This document shows positions 50,851 to 64,000 of a DNA stretch of 64,000 nucleotides, one piece after another. The stretch lies in the NCBI RefSeq assembly GCF_006345805.1, contig NC_042999.1, forward strand, positions 110,112,001-110,176,000, given 5' to 3'. The stretch comes from Octopus sinensis (Eukaryota). Below the pieces are notes generated by a model. That model saw nothing but the letters and a program-made list of their open reading frames with translations, was not told the DNA's origin and searched no databases. Made by a program: the position numbers and the translations under genes. Positions within the stretch are counted from its first letter, which is position 1; each line of letters starts with the position of its first letter.

Positions 50851-52282
50851 GACTGAAAAAATCGACTTTTGATCTAGGTTTGTACCCGCTAAGCAAATTT
50901 CGTTCCCGAACTTATTCGTAGATGCAGTTCTTACGTTCAAGTAATTCATTAGTGGGTTTAGCTGAGGGAAAGAATCTCCGAGGTGGCGTATTACTTTTTA
51001 ACTGAGTTCTGATATATGTGTTGCAGATTTTCTGAATTTTCTCAGAACTAACACTTGCAGTAAAGCAGAGATAAACGAAAGTGTGATTTAACCGCCAATT
51101 TCTACTCGAGAGTGGATGAAAGCCTTACGTCACGAGCCAGTCATTTATTATTTTAGATTATGTTTTTAGGGGACCTTTTTCTTTTGCATAAGCTAATAAA
51201 CCAGTGCAGATTAAATTTGTCAGAAATTGGTGGCAATTCCTTTCGTAACAGAGGTGAGACTCAGTTTAAATAGAATCCAGTGGCTACTTAAGCATTCCAG
51301 ACATGACTATCCTGTTTTATTCAAGTATAGTGATTGAAAACACATTATACCCTTCTTTCTTATGAACAGGTCATGTCAAGTACCTAACTATAATAGAGGC
51401 TTCCTTCAAGGGTTTGTGTGAAAGGATGTTCTTGTTGCTTAGCTCATACGAACTTCGACTGAGACGACCTATGATCAAATGCCCTCAAACTGTGACAATT
51501 CTGTCTTTCTGGATGTATATAGAATTACGTTATTTAATGTATTTTTCCTTGATTACGATTGAAGTTGGTATATTTTTAAAAAATAAGATATTTTTAACAT
51601 GATGATTTTTAAAAAATCATATTTTGTTTTCGACAAATTTTGTTGTTATATCTCATAATATTGTTACTAGGATTAACGTGGATAAAACTTAAACGAAATT
51701 TTTGTATTAGAGGTAGAGAAAATTTGGCATTTTCTTTTAAATTACTTTATTTTTTTTTTATTCTTTTCTTGTATGTAAATGTATGTGTGTATGATTTAAC
51801 GAAATTCATAAAATAGATAACTTTTATGGAAACGAAAAGAAAAAAATGAAAAATGTAAACTATTTGAAAATATACAATATTTAGAATTGTCCTTTCATGA
51901 ATGTTTTCCATTCAATGTAGTGGAATATGTCTTTTTAGTTCATGTGAAGTTAATTAAGTGTATGTTTCTCTGATGTTAACAAACAGATTCATGCTGGGAT
52001 AGTATAATTGTAATTAGCTATCTCTTCCGTTGATTTCTTAATGGCTGCAAGATTTCAAAGCTTTTGATAAATTTTTAATAATCACATTCTAGCGTCTTTG
52101 TATTAAGTTCAATATTGGATCACTATCATCTCTCTCCCTCCCCCTCTCTCTCTATTTATCTCATACATATAAACGCGTATACATCATTTGTTCTATCCAT
52201 ATACATACATATATATATATATCGATGTACGTGCGTGTTTGCAAGTGTTTGTATGCACAAGTGTGTGTGCATATATATATAT

Positions 52283-52321
<39 letters not shown>

Positions 52322-52941
52322 TCTTGTGTCTGTAATTAATTATCCTGGATAAGATAGAAATATAAAGGTGAAACAAGCAATGATCTTGGCAGGGGTGTCA
52401 TAACACTTGTTCATGCACATCCAATAGTTTGAAGGTTGAGCTTTGTTAGAAGTAGGTGCCCATTTTACCAAGTAAACAATGTTATGTCTAACAAAGAACA
52501 CGTACATATCAATTCATATACGCATTCGTACACATATACATGTTTATACACACATACACATACGCGTATACATCTGCTGTTTTATTTGCTTCTTTGATAG
52601 CCTCTCATCTTTCTGTCACTCTCTCTTTATTTTCATTATATTATGCTGCTAGGGTAACTAAGGATGATGTTGAAACCTTTCCTACTTGCTGAACCATGTT
52701 TCCAGTGCAACTAGGGATAAAATTGGACCTCTCTAACCGTCTCATCTCTCCAACACACAAACTGATCCGTTATCCGCATCACTCTGTTTCTCTCACCAAC
52801 AATTTTGCATATGCATAAGAGATTGCATCGAATATGCTTATCTTCAATACACTTTATCATTAATCTTTCTACATATCCTGTTTTAAGGTGTTATTAGTGT
52901 GTCGCCATTGAGGCGGTGTTAGTTTGTTGCGAGCCACCCCA

Positions 52942-53400
52942 ATAATAATAATAATAATTGTGTACAGTGCTCAGGTGCACTACAACTCATCTAAAGTGTA
53001 TATATAATCAGGTGTAGTTTCGGCAGATTTCGGAAAGCATGAGGGCCTTAAAGGATGCAGTGTCATGGCAGTCAACAACTGATGCAGGCAGTTTATTCCA
53101 TACTTCAGCAACTCTGAGCGTGAAAAAATGTTTCCGAAAGTCATGGGAGCTGTGTTGTTTTCTGACTTTGTAGGCATGTCCACGTGTGTTAGACACATGG
53201 AGATCAAAAAGGTGTTCAGTGTTGTTGTTGGTGGGGTGGTTGATAACTTTGTGGGTGTTTACCAAGTCCGTCGCCAGACGCCGGAGCTTCAGTGAATCCA
53301 TGCCCAGGGAAACAAGGCGCTCAGAATATGGTAGGTGTCTGATGGAGGGTATGCGTTTGGTTGCACGTCTCTGGACAGATTCCAGGAGGTCAATAATAAA
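52942..53400 (-). mobile_element. 5'-truncated CR1-clade LINE, 3' end
   Basis: LLESVQRRATKRIPSIRHLPYSERL...LKLRRLATDL...TRGHAYKVRKQ...RKHFFTLRVAEVWNKLP, followed by a short 3' UTR and (ATT)n tail. Confidence 0.9.
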
Positions 53401-53764
53401 CCGCAATGAGTACATCGCTGAAATTCGTTTATTTGTTATTTCTGTAATTTTATTTATATTGCATATGAAAGTTTTTTTCTAATGGTCGCCAGTAGTGTAC
53501 GAATATAACTAAAAAAAAAAAAAAAGAAGTTAATCATACTTAATTATACTTAAACCACGAACAGAAGAGATTAGTGTTGTTTGGTACCTAGGAATAAGTT
53601 ATTTCTCAGTATTCAGAATGTCCTTTGTACTCTGGGCTGAAATTCAGTAAAGGCGAACTCCACGTTGCTTTCGCTATGCTGGACCTTCCTCTCTGGTTTG
53701 ATCTTTGGTAGGCTTTCGTCTTAATACCCCTCTTGCATGGGAAAAGATCATAGAACATTCGATC

Positions 53765-53820
53765 ATGTTCTACATGGCGTGATGTTTCTGTAAGCTGATA
53801 GGCTGGTCATCAGGGAACGT
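53765..53820 (-). ncRNA. Degenerate type I hammerhead ribozyme with closed stem III
   Basis: Minus strand: ACGTTC/GAACAT stem I, one extra C, CTGATGA, weak stem II AGCC/AGCT, GAAA, stem III ACAT/ATGT with CACGCC loop, GUA; two of the mismatches are CG>CA changes. Confidence 0.55.
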
Positions 53821-55103
53821 CACCTGACCAAAATGGGGTTTTAGCTGATAACTGAACATGTGTCGTTTCAAATCTATGCAGTCATCATTCCCTCACCACT
53901 GGGCCCCTTGTTATCAACAACCATAATTCATCGATTGTTTATCTTTCTGTTAATATCCATCACTCACTTACCTCCAAACAGTCCACTCCTTCCAATCTCA
54001 TTGTTTCTATCATGATATTCTTGCTCTCTTTACCTACTTACCCCCAATTTTGCCACCATTCTCCTCTATAGACTCATGGTCACCCTGCCATAGAAGACAT
54101 CATATTATAGTGAGCACTCTTTATCTTGAAAATTTCAAAGCAACCTCACTAGTGCTGAGGCCGCAATAAAATTCTTCCAGTACCCTCTGTAAAGTGGTTG
54201 GTGAGCAAGCTGGGACAGTGTAGTGTTGGAAACAACTCTTTAGGCTGACAAAGGACATGGCAACCTCTCTAGTTTTGGTGCCATATTAAAATGCACCTGC
54301 TTCATTCTGTAATATGGCTGTTGCTAGGAAGGGTATTGAACTGTAGAATTTACATAAAAATTGCAATGTATGAATGAAACATGAACATCTGACCCAACTT
54401 TGAGGGCAGTGACTCCAAATAAGAGTGGACTTAGACTGTGACAAACTATCCAATCTATGCTAGCATGGAAAGCAAACACAAAAATTATAATGTATGCACG
54501 TGTGCATGTGTGTGTGTGTGTGTTCTGGTAGAAGCACACTCAACCACTGAGAAAGTGTGGTGCTCTTTACACATCTTAAATTACATAAGGCATCTGAACT
54601 TAATCAGTCATTTAAACATCATCAAAGTATTGCAGGTTTTTGAGGCTTTATTGTTGCTAGGAAGATTTTCTTGTTATTGAGGTGTTGTAATACATCCACA
54701 ATGCATGTTCATAATATAATGTAACCATTATTGTAACCTGCCTGAAGAGTTATTTTTCATACATGATCATCCATTTTATAGCTAGGGTGCATTTGGTTTA
54801 TATAGTATATCTTTTGTCTGTTTTCTGCATGTTTGTTTTGTACTGGGTGTTGTGCTATTTATTGTGTTCAAAATATTTCTATCTCTCATAACATGTCTCT
54901 AAAACAAGTAGTCATTGAAACATTCAGCACAAAATAAAACAAATTAAGAAAAATATCTAGTTGATAACACAACTATCTTATAAATAACTGAAAGCCATAT
55001 TAATAGTAAAATTTAACAAAGATAGTAGACCTGAACAACATCAGAGAACATGATCAAAATATCCGCTCTCCTACCTCCACCTTATTGCTGAAAGAAATCT
55101 TAC

Positions 55104-55179
55104 ACCGATGATTAGAAAATTTCAAGTTTAGTGATAACAAATGAGGAACAGATACCAATTCTATTCCTATGATTCTTGC
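55104..55179 (-). CDS. Candidate internal exon (ARIIGIELVSVPHLLSLNLKFSNHR), gene unidentified
   Basis: Acceptor TTGTTCTATATTTTTTATTGTAG, donor GTAAGA, one open frame over 76 nt. Confidence 0.35.
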
Positions 55180-55582
55180 CTACAATAAAAAATATAGAAC
55201 AATAATAGAGTGTAATAGTTAATCTGAAACAAAACAACAACAACAACAGTATATAATCCAGAAGATAAAACTGGGGAAGTGTTGAAATGTCCATAGACCT
55301 AAATGATGTGATGTTCCATGCAAAACATAAAAGACTAATAAGTAATTGAGGAAAATCCTTGAAAAATTTAATCCAAAACTGGAGTGAATTTGTGTTTTCA
55401 ATAACACACACATCCATATCTACACAGGCATATATATTTTTCTGTATGGTTGTGCTTCTGTGTGTGCATGTAAATATGAGTGTGTGTGTGTATGTATGTA
55501 TGTATGTATGTATGTATGTATGTATGCATGTATGTATATATATATATATGTGTGTGTACATACACACACACAGGCATATGAA

Positions 55583-55658
<76 letters not shown>

Positions 55659-56443
55659 TCATATTATGAAATATTTATATCCCTATATCCCTCTATTATT
55701 CCTTCAATCTCTCATCAACTGACACACAAAGCCACCCCACTCAATGCTATTTCCCCCAGTGGAGGGGACTTTGTTTTCCAAGTTACTTGGTGACCCCCAC
55801 CAGTGCTGGTGTCATGAAAAATAGCACCCAGTACACTCTGTAAAGTGTTTGGCATTAGGAAGGGCATCAGGCTGTTGGAACCATGGCAAAACATACAATA
55901 GAACTTGGCACAGTTCTCTGGTTTGCCAGCTCTTATCAAACTACATCACCCATGCCAGCATGTAAAACAGACACTGAATAACATCGATGGTGATGATAAT
56001 GATATGTGTGTGTGTGTGTGTGTGTATAAATATATCTATTTGTAATATAAAGTGAAATTGTAGTCGTAGTCAGTAAAAGGCATACACTACACTCTTGGAG
56101 TGGTTGGTGTTAGGAAGCTCATCCGGCCATAGAACCCAAGCCAAATCAGACTGTTATCTGATACAGCTCTCTGGCTTACCTGTTCCAGTCAAACTGTCTA
56201 ACCCATGCCAGCATGGAAAACAGATGCTAAATGATGATGATGATGATGTATACTTGTGTATGTGTATATATATATGTATGTATGCATGTGTGTATGAATG
56301 TGTGTATGCGTATTACAATATTTCCACAACAGTCTCAAGGAAGACAATACTCTTTGCTTATTCCTACAATTTATATATACATATTTTTCTTTTTATTTCC
56401 CTAACAAGCTCGGAAACAACGTAAGCATCACATAACATTTTAC

Positions 56444-56491
56444 ACAGCTTTCGTATAGCTGCTCAATTTGGAAGTTATAACGAAGACAGAT
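56444..56491 (-). CDS. Candidate 48-nt exon (ICLRYNFQIEQLYESC)
   Basis: Long pyrimidine tract before TAG, donor GTAAAA; phase 0-0, in frame with 55104-55179. Confidence 0.3.
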
Positions 56492-58903
56492 CTACCAAGT
56501 AAGACAAGAGGCAAAGATGGTAAGAAGTGTGAAAAGTCTGAAATAATAGCTAAACAGACAGTAAGAAAAGAACAAAGCAGGATGCCATGGGGGAAGAAAA
56601 TGTATACTTCTATGTATTATGATGCAGGTGGACAGGCGATCTTGCATTCAGAAATCACTGCGGTGAATGGATGGGTGTGTGAGAAAAGATAAAAAGAAAA
56701 GTGGAAGAAATGTGTAGGATTCTGAGAAGTGTTACAAATAAATGTTTTCCAAAATTACTGTAAGGAGGGGAATTCTCTGACATGGTGATCCAAAGAAGGA
56801 ATGGCAATAGAGATGGATCAAAGTATTTTCTGCATACATGGCAATTAGGAAAATGAGAGTTCTTCTGTGTGTGTTGCTGTGAAAAATGTTAAAGGCTTAA
56901 AAATATAGGGTTTTGTGTTAAGTTACATCACTTAGCTAATAAGATTATCTGTGTCTGTATGAACATGCATATATATATATATGTGTATATATATGTGTGT
57001 ATATATATATATATATTGATGTATGTATGTATGTGAGTATGTTTACACATACATATATACATACACACATTCCATGTGTGTGTGTGTAAGAGAGAGACAG
57101 AGACAGAGAGTGCAAATGTGTGGCTGTTTTTTTTTTTTTTTCAAGCTGATGACTGTCATATCAGCCAACACAGCCTATGACTATAACAGCTAAAATGATT
57201 ATATTTTGACTCAGGGGAGTCTGTAATGTACTAAATGTTATAGTATAGGGTTTTAAAGTTAATTGATAATAGCATGTAATAACTGTATATATTGGGTCTT
57301 CATATCTGTTCCAGCATACCAAGATGTACCTGAACACTATCACAGCTGATTAAGTTGGGAGAATATTACTCGGTTAACTAAAGCCACATAGGTTATGTTC
57401 TCTCTTTCTCTCTCTACCATATTGCACTGTACTGTCTTCCAGTTTCAGGAGGAAAATATCACCCAGAAAAAAAAAAACAAAAAACAAAAAATTAAAACTT
57501 GACCCTGTCTCTTTTACCAAGGGCCCACACCACATCAGATTACAATCAAAATAAAAGAAATGGAAATGCATCACAGAAAAAAGAGCCAGCATTCATTATC
57601 CTATAGTTGAAACAAGCCTTAGTACTTCATAAGCCCATTAAAGCAAGAAGGAGTCAAATGCTGGTTGATGCAAATGCTTGGCTTGGGCTTATAAAAAGAA
57701 ACCAGTACTTTTATCATCATACCATCACTAGAAGGGTTGTTACCCAAGGCTGAAGATGCTTCTTCTCCTCATGGGGTGATGCTGTACCCTGTCATACAAC
57801 AACCTGGTACTTCATGCACCCTGCATTAAAATAAAATCATTCTTTTTATCTTAATTTCTCCTTCTTCTTAGTCCTTTACACTAAGTGGCTTCTTGCCTTG
57901 TTTGGGACTTGCTTATAAAAATAAGCAAAAACAAAAATCATAAGTAAATCTCTTAACTCTAACTACTTCAGTTCTTCTATTTGTAAGCAATGAATCATTT
58001 CTCTTTGGTAAACCTGCAAGTGTTAAATTTATGTAAAAACAGCTGAGTTTTCCTTATGTTTTCCTTGGGTGTTCAGATCTACAAGTTTTCTATTTGTCCC
58101 AGTTTTCAAACATTAATCATAGTTTTCAGAAAGAAAAATTCAGGATGGTGATTTATTCTGGTGTTTTAGGCAGTTGCAAACATGAAAGACACAGGTTAGC
58201 CATTCAGAAACACACAGCAACTGTCAACTCTGCTTAAACATTTATTTGTAAAATGGTGTCAATCGAAATTCTCATCGCTCAAGACTGCAACCTGTTCACT
58301 GACAAAAAATTCTGCTTTTTATATTTATCTTTTTTCTTCAGTGGCTGTGTCTCAAATTTGAGCTATGAAAATTTTGATTGACACCATCATGATCATGATC
58401 CTCCTCCTCCTCCTCATCATCATCATCATCATTTAACATCTGTTTTCCATGCTGGCATGGCTTAGATGGTTTGACTGAAGCTGGTAAGCCGGAGAACTGC
58501 AGAGGTTCCAATCTGATTTGGCGCATGGTTTCTATGGCTGGATGCCTTGCCTAACACCAATCACTCTGAGAGTGCAATGGATGCTTTTTTTTTGTGCCAC
58601 CAGCACAGGTGCCAGTTATGTGACACCAGCATCAGCCACAACTATGATTTCACTTGGCTTGACAAGTCTTCTCAAGCATGGCATTACAAATAAATATTTA
58701 AGTGAAGTTGATGGTTTTGGGGTGTTTCTGAGTGGCTAACTTAGGTCTTCCATGCTGCAATTGCTTTAGTTTTGGCACAGAATCGCAGATCAAAGCACTT
58801 CAGGTATTAAAATGTCTGAAGACACTTGGACATTCAGAAAGTTTGAATCGATTTCCTGAGTTTAAGTGGTCCTACTCAGTCACAAGTTGACTTCCACCAT
58901 ATT

Positions 58904-58938
<35 letters not shown>

Positions 58939-59090
58939 ATCAAAGATACTGCACAGTGGAACTGAACCTGAAATCATCTAAGTTAAAAAAACAAACTTCT
59001 CAATCATACAGCCATATATGTGCAGGCTTGGGTAAGATTTTTTTGGAGGAAAACTGCCTGGTGCCTGGGCATGCAAGTCTCCTCTCTCCA

Positions 59091-59141
<51 letters not shown>

Positions 59142-59858
59142 CACCACCACTACTATTCTTCATCATCATCGTCATCATCAACATCATTTAATGTCTGTTT
59201 CCTATGCTGGCATAGGTTGGATTGTATAACCAGAGCTGGTAAGGCTTGGGGTTACACCAGGCTCCATTGTCCTGTTCTGGCAAGATTTAAACAGCTGGAT
59301 GCCCTTCCTAATGCCAACCATTCCACACCAGTGCTATTAATGTGACACCAATACAAGTACTTTTTATGTGACACCAGCACTGATATCAATTCTGCTGTGG
59401 AAAAGCCACCAACATGAGAGAATAGCGCTTGATACCAGTATTATCATAGACATTGCTATCAGAATGGAAGGCACTGAAACAGATACCAATAAGGCATTAC
59501 TTTTATTGTCTTCCAACCATTCCACCAAATCCACTGCATTAGGTTGCAACTGTTTTTACTGACTCCGAAAGCATGGAAGGTAAAATTAACCTTGGCATAA
59601 ATTGAACTCAGAATATAGGGAGTTTGAACAAATATAGCAAAGCATTCTATCCAACATTCTTATGATTCTGCTAATATGGCACCTTCATTGTTTGTATATT
59701 TCTAAGACAAATCACCGAATATATTGAAAGCATCAGCAGTATTCAAACTTGTTTGGATTTATTAATATCAATCCTATGGATTTACTATATTTTGGATAAA
59801 TAATTTCCAAAAAAAAATGATGATATAATCTTCAGTGGGTTTGGGAATGTTGATTCAC

Positions 59859-59914
59859 TCAGAATTGTTCCATCCAAGGAGATTGGATGATGGTCCAAGA
59901 TGAGCTTCATAAAA
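59859..59914 (-). CDS. Candidate 56-nt exon
   Basis: Very strong acceptor TTTTTTTTTCTTGCACAG, moderate GTGAAT donor; two frames open, so the product is ambiguous. Confidence 0.2.
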
Positions 59915-60151
59915 CTGTGCAAGAAAAAAAAATTCTGAGTCACATAGCTTATGACCTTCTCCTTGAAGCAAAAAGTCAGCTACATAAACTGTTGGCTATA
60001 GCTTGGAACACACACACATGCATATATATATATTATATATATATATATATAATATTATATATATATATATATATATTATATATTGCAAGTATAAATTCAT
60101 ACATCCATACATTATTTATATGCATGCATGTACATGTGTTTGTGTTCACAC

Positions 60152-60196
<45 letters not shown>

Positions 60197-60332
60197 CCTA
60201 TCTATTTATAAATATACACACACACACACACATATATATATATATGTATGTATATAAATATACATATATATATATATATACATATGTATGTGTATGTGTA
60301 TGTATGTATATATATGCATATATATACATGCG

Positions 60333-60367
<35 letters not shown>

Positions 60368-60884
60368 GCATATATATACATGTGTGTGTGTGTCTATATA
60401 TATATAATATATATATATAATATATATATATGTATACAATAAAATTAAGTCATAGAGTATTCATAAATACACACATTCTTGTGCAAAATATAAAAGAAAA
60501 AACTATTCTCTATTACAGTAAGTGTGAAAACTGAGAGAGTCTTCAATATTTTGTCTAGTATTAAGTTATTCTTTTTTTTTTTTTGAGACTCAGATCTGAG
60601 TATCAGTTAATATTTGGCAATTAATACAGAGAAAATCTGAACAAAAAAAATCAAAGACAAAAGAGAATCTTGTGTTATATTTATTTGATTTCTCTCGTTT
60701 TTGTTTTTACGCTTTTTTTACATGCAGTTTTTTTTTACGCTTTTGCACACATATTTTTTTACATTTCATCATTGATACAACAACAAAAAAAAATCACTTC
60801 TGGAATTTAATACAGGATGGAGTGACCAGTGAATTGGTGACATTGATGCAGATCTTTTATTGGTTTGCTGGATAAAATGTTGTC

Positions 60885-60889
60885 TAGAA

Positions 60890-60920
<31 letters not shown>

Positions 60921-61059
60921 CATATGTATATGCATTTATATACATACATATATGTATATATATATCCATATTTATGTGTATGTTTGTGTGTGTGTTTGTG
61001 TGTATGTGTGTTTAATATATATGTAAATGATGCATATAATGCATGTATGCAAACATATG

Positions 61060-61100
<41 letters not shown>

Positions 61101-61208
61101 TATATATATATATACACCACATATATATATATTATTATATATACACACACATATTAATATATATATATATACACATATATATATATATTATATATATATA
61201 TACACACA

Positions 61209-61247
<39 letters not shown>

Positions 61248-61275
61248 TATATACATATATAATATATATATATAC

Positions 61276-61307
<32 letters not shown>

Positions 61308-61316
61308 TATATATAC

Positions 61317-61348
<32 letters not shown>

Positions 61349-61421
61349 ATATATATATATATATACATTATATATATAATATATATATAATATATATATA
61401 TAATATATATATTAATATATA

Positions 61422-61476
<55 letters not shown>

Positions 61477-61515
61477 CATATATATTATATATATATATCT
61501 ATATATAATATATAT

Positions 61516-61554
<39 letters not shown>

Positions 61555-62107
61555 GATATACATATCTATATATATATGTGGTATATACATATATATATAT
61601 ATTATGTGGTATATACATATATATATATATTATATGTGTATATCCATATATATATATATTGTGTATATACATATATATATATATATGGTGTATATACATA
61701 TATATATATGTATATATATGTGTATATATATATGTGTATATATATATATATATGTGTATATATATGTGTATATATTGTGTATATATATATGCGTATATAT
61801 ATATATGTGTCTATATATATGTTATATATATATGTGTTCATATATATATATATGTATATATATATATCTATATATTATATAGTGTATATATATATTGTAT
61901 ATATATATATATGTATATATATATATGTATCTATATTATATTATATAATATTATATATATATATATATTATCTATATATGTATATATGTTATATATCTAT
62001 ATATATATATATAGTATAATATATGTATATATGTAATATAATATATATATATAATATATATATATATATATGTATATATATTATATAATGTATATATATA
62101 TTATATG

Positions 62108-62138
<31 letters not shown>

Positions 62139-62368
62139 GTATATATGTATATATATATTATATATATGTATATATATATATATATGATATATATAATATA
62201 TGTGTATATATATTGTATATATATGTATATATGTATATATATATATGTATATATATATGTATATATATGTATATATATATATATGTATATAATATGTATG
62301 TATATATATATGTATATATATATGTATATGTATATATATATATATGTATATATATATATGTATATTAT

Positions 62369-62401
<33 letters not shown>

Positions 62402-62442
62402 GTATATATATATATGTATATATATATGTATGTATATATACC
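60885..62442. repeat. About 1.55-kb interrupted (TA)n microsatellite
   Basis: Seen directly; source of all overlapping IY-repeat ORFs here. Confidence 0.95.
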
Positions 62443-62999
62443 ACATGGCATCATTCCATAGCATTCCTTATTTCCATAAGTATATGTGGCTCCAGCTGGT
62501 GGAGGGCATTTTATTTTTTATTTACATATTTATTTTTTTGCATAATAAATCTGACTGTTACAAGAAGTCCGTGACCCAAGAAATCCATCAATGTCGCATT
62601 ACTTTGTCTAGGAGATATTCACTGAAATGGGATCCAAGAAGCTACATTGACATAGTTTCTTCTTTAATAAGTTAAAAGATATTTCTGAGAATGGTTTGGC
62701 TTTTAGAGAATCCAAGATATTGCTTATTTTTAAAGAGAAAAGATCGGCTCAGCTTCTCCAAACTTAACTTTTGATTGCGGATGAGGTATAGTTCAGTTTA
62801 AGTTCTGAATAAAGCAGAATTGTATAACAGTAAAATATATAAACACATACCATATTATCAAATCTTCACAAAAGAAAATAAATAAATAAATATTTTAAAT
62901 AAATAAATAAATAAATAAAGCAACATTATTTCTCCGGAGCAAATTTGATGTCAAGATCGTAAACCACTAATTAACATGTCAATTTACAGCGAAGCCTCA

Positions 63000-63670
63000 A
63001 GGCAGTAGAACGACAGAATTGTTTTAGCAGTTTAGCGACAGGCAAAATGCTTTATAATACTTAGTTACATCCATTTATTTGTCTGAGTTTAAATCTGCCA
63101 AGGTCAATCTGACCTTTGAATTTTTCCATGGTTGGTAAAACAAAGACCAGTTAATCTCTGGAGTCAATTAAATTGAACATTCCCTCTTTCTGATATAAGC
63201 TTGGTGCCTATATAAGACCTCAGCTTACAATTCTACTTCAATCTGACATCAATCTGACCTTTGAATTTTTCCATGGTTGATAAAACAAAGATCAACTGGT
63301 CTGGAGTCAAAGTGGAGTTAAATTGAATACTCTGGAGTCCTCCTGATATAAGCTTGGTGCTTATATAAGACCTTGATTTACAATCCTACATCAATCCAAC
63401 CTTTGAATTTTTCCATGATTGATAAAACAAAAACCAACTGGTCTAGAGTCAAAGTAGAGTCAAATTGAATACTCTGGAGTCCTCCTTCTGATATAAGTTT
63501 GGTGCCTCTATAAGACTTTGATTTACAATCCTACATCAATCTGACCTTTGAATTTTTCCATGATTGATAAAACAAAAACCACTTAATCTCTAGAGTCAAT
63601 TAAATCAAACATTTAGCCCTTCTGATATCATCTCAGTGACTATATAAGACCTTAGTTTACAATTCTACAT
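63000..63670 (+). repeat. Family B SINE whose body is tandemly amplified (4 units of 142-145 bp)
   Basis: Degenerate SINE head from ~63000; units start CAATC(TG/CA)ACCTTTGAATTTTTCCATG at 63105, 63250, 63392 and 63537. Confidence 0.8.
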
Positions 63671-64000
63671 TACTGTCTCATTTCTTACCTTCTTTACTGT
63701 AGGGTAAGCAAAGGAGCAGGTGTTTATTGTTCAAGACAAAATTCAATACCAACAACCGACTATGGACTAATGATACAAACTTTAAGGTGAAAAGCAAAGA
63801 GGAAAGAGTAATCCATTCAGGTTCCTCAATTAAGTATCAAAGACAAAAGAAAAAATATACTAAAGGACTTTTAACAAGAAATATCATTATCAACTAAAAT
63901 TTAACAATAATCTGTTTCTCTTCTTTGTATAAGATAGTTATTGCGTTTAGAAGACATGATTTAACTGCACTTAGAAGAAGTGTGCATTTTTTTCTTACAT

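Noticed and set aside
21788-62675. Many long IY/YI/HT/CV/MYVC-repeat ORFs in the track
   Set aside because: They are translations of TA, CA and CATA microsatellites, open in several frames and on both strands.

Overview
AT-rich animal DNA, most likely octopus/coleoid cephalopod (inferred from the SINE families and the very dense TA/CA/CATA/trinucleotide microsatellites). No intact protein-coding gene could be identified; nearly all long ORFs in the track are microsatellite or antisense artefacts. The window is dominated by transposable elements: three or four tRNA-derived/RTE-tailed SINE families, fossils of R4-like, CRE-like and CR1 LINEs, a hAT transposase fossil, mariner derivatives, and MITEs with readable TSDs (TTAA, 8 bp). 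The most notable signal is a set of hammerhead ribozyme (HHR) folds at five loci with different sequences (21663-21742, 24315-24365, 3426-3473 with its mirror 2894-2941, 39131-39165, 53765-53820). Three sit in short non-coding cassettes bounded by (TA)n tracts and one in a 316-bp-arm palindrome, consistent with Penelope-like pLTRs or retrozyme-like elements. Also present: a 590-bp perfect foldback element with an 8-bp TSD and a telomere-like G-rich loop, a SINE-derived ~144-bp tandem array, an 18/36-bp minisatellite, and a nested 170/1055-bp tandem duplication. CpG-poor domains (~1-29.7 kb and ~53.7-62.5 kb) may be methylated gene bodies with short exons; only low-confidence exon candidates are offered. 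All coordinates were read by eye; element boundaries without a TSD are approximate.
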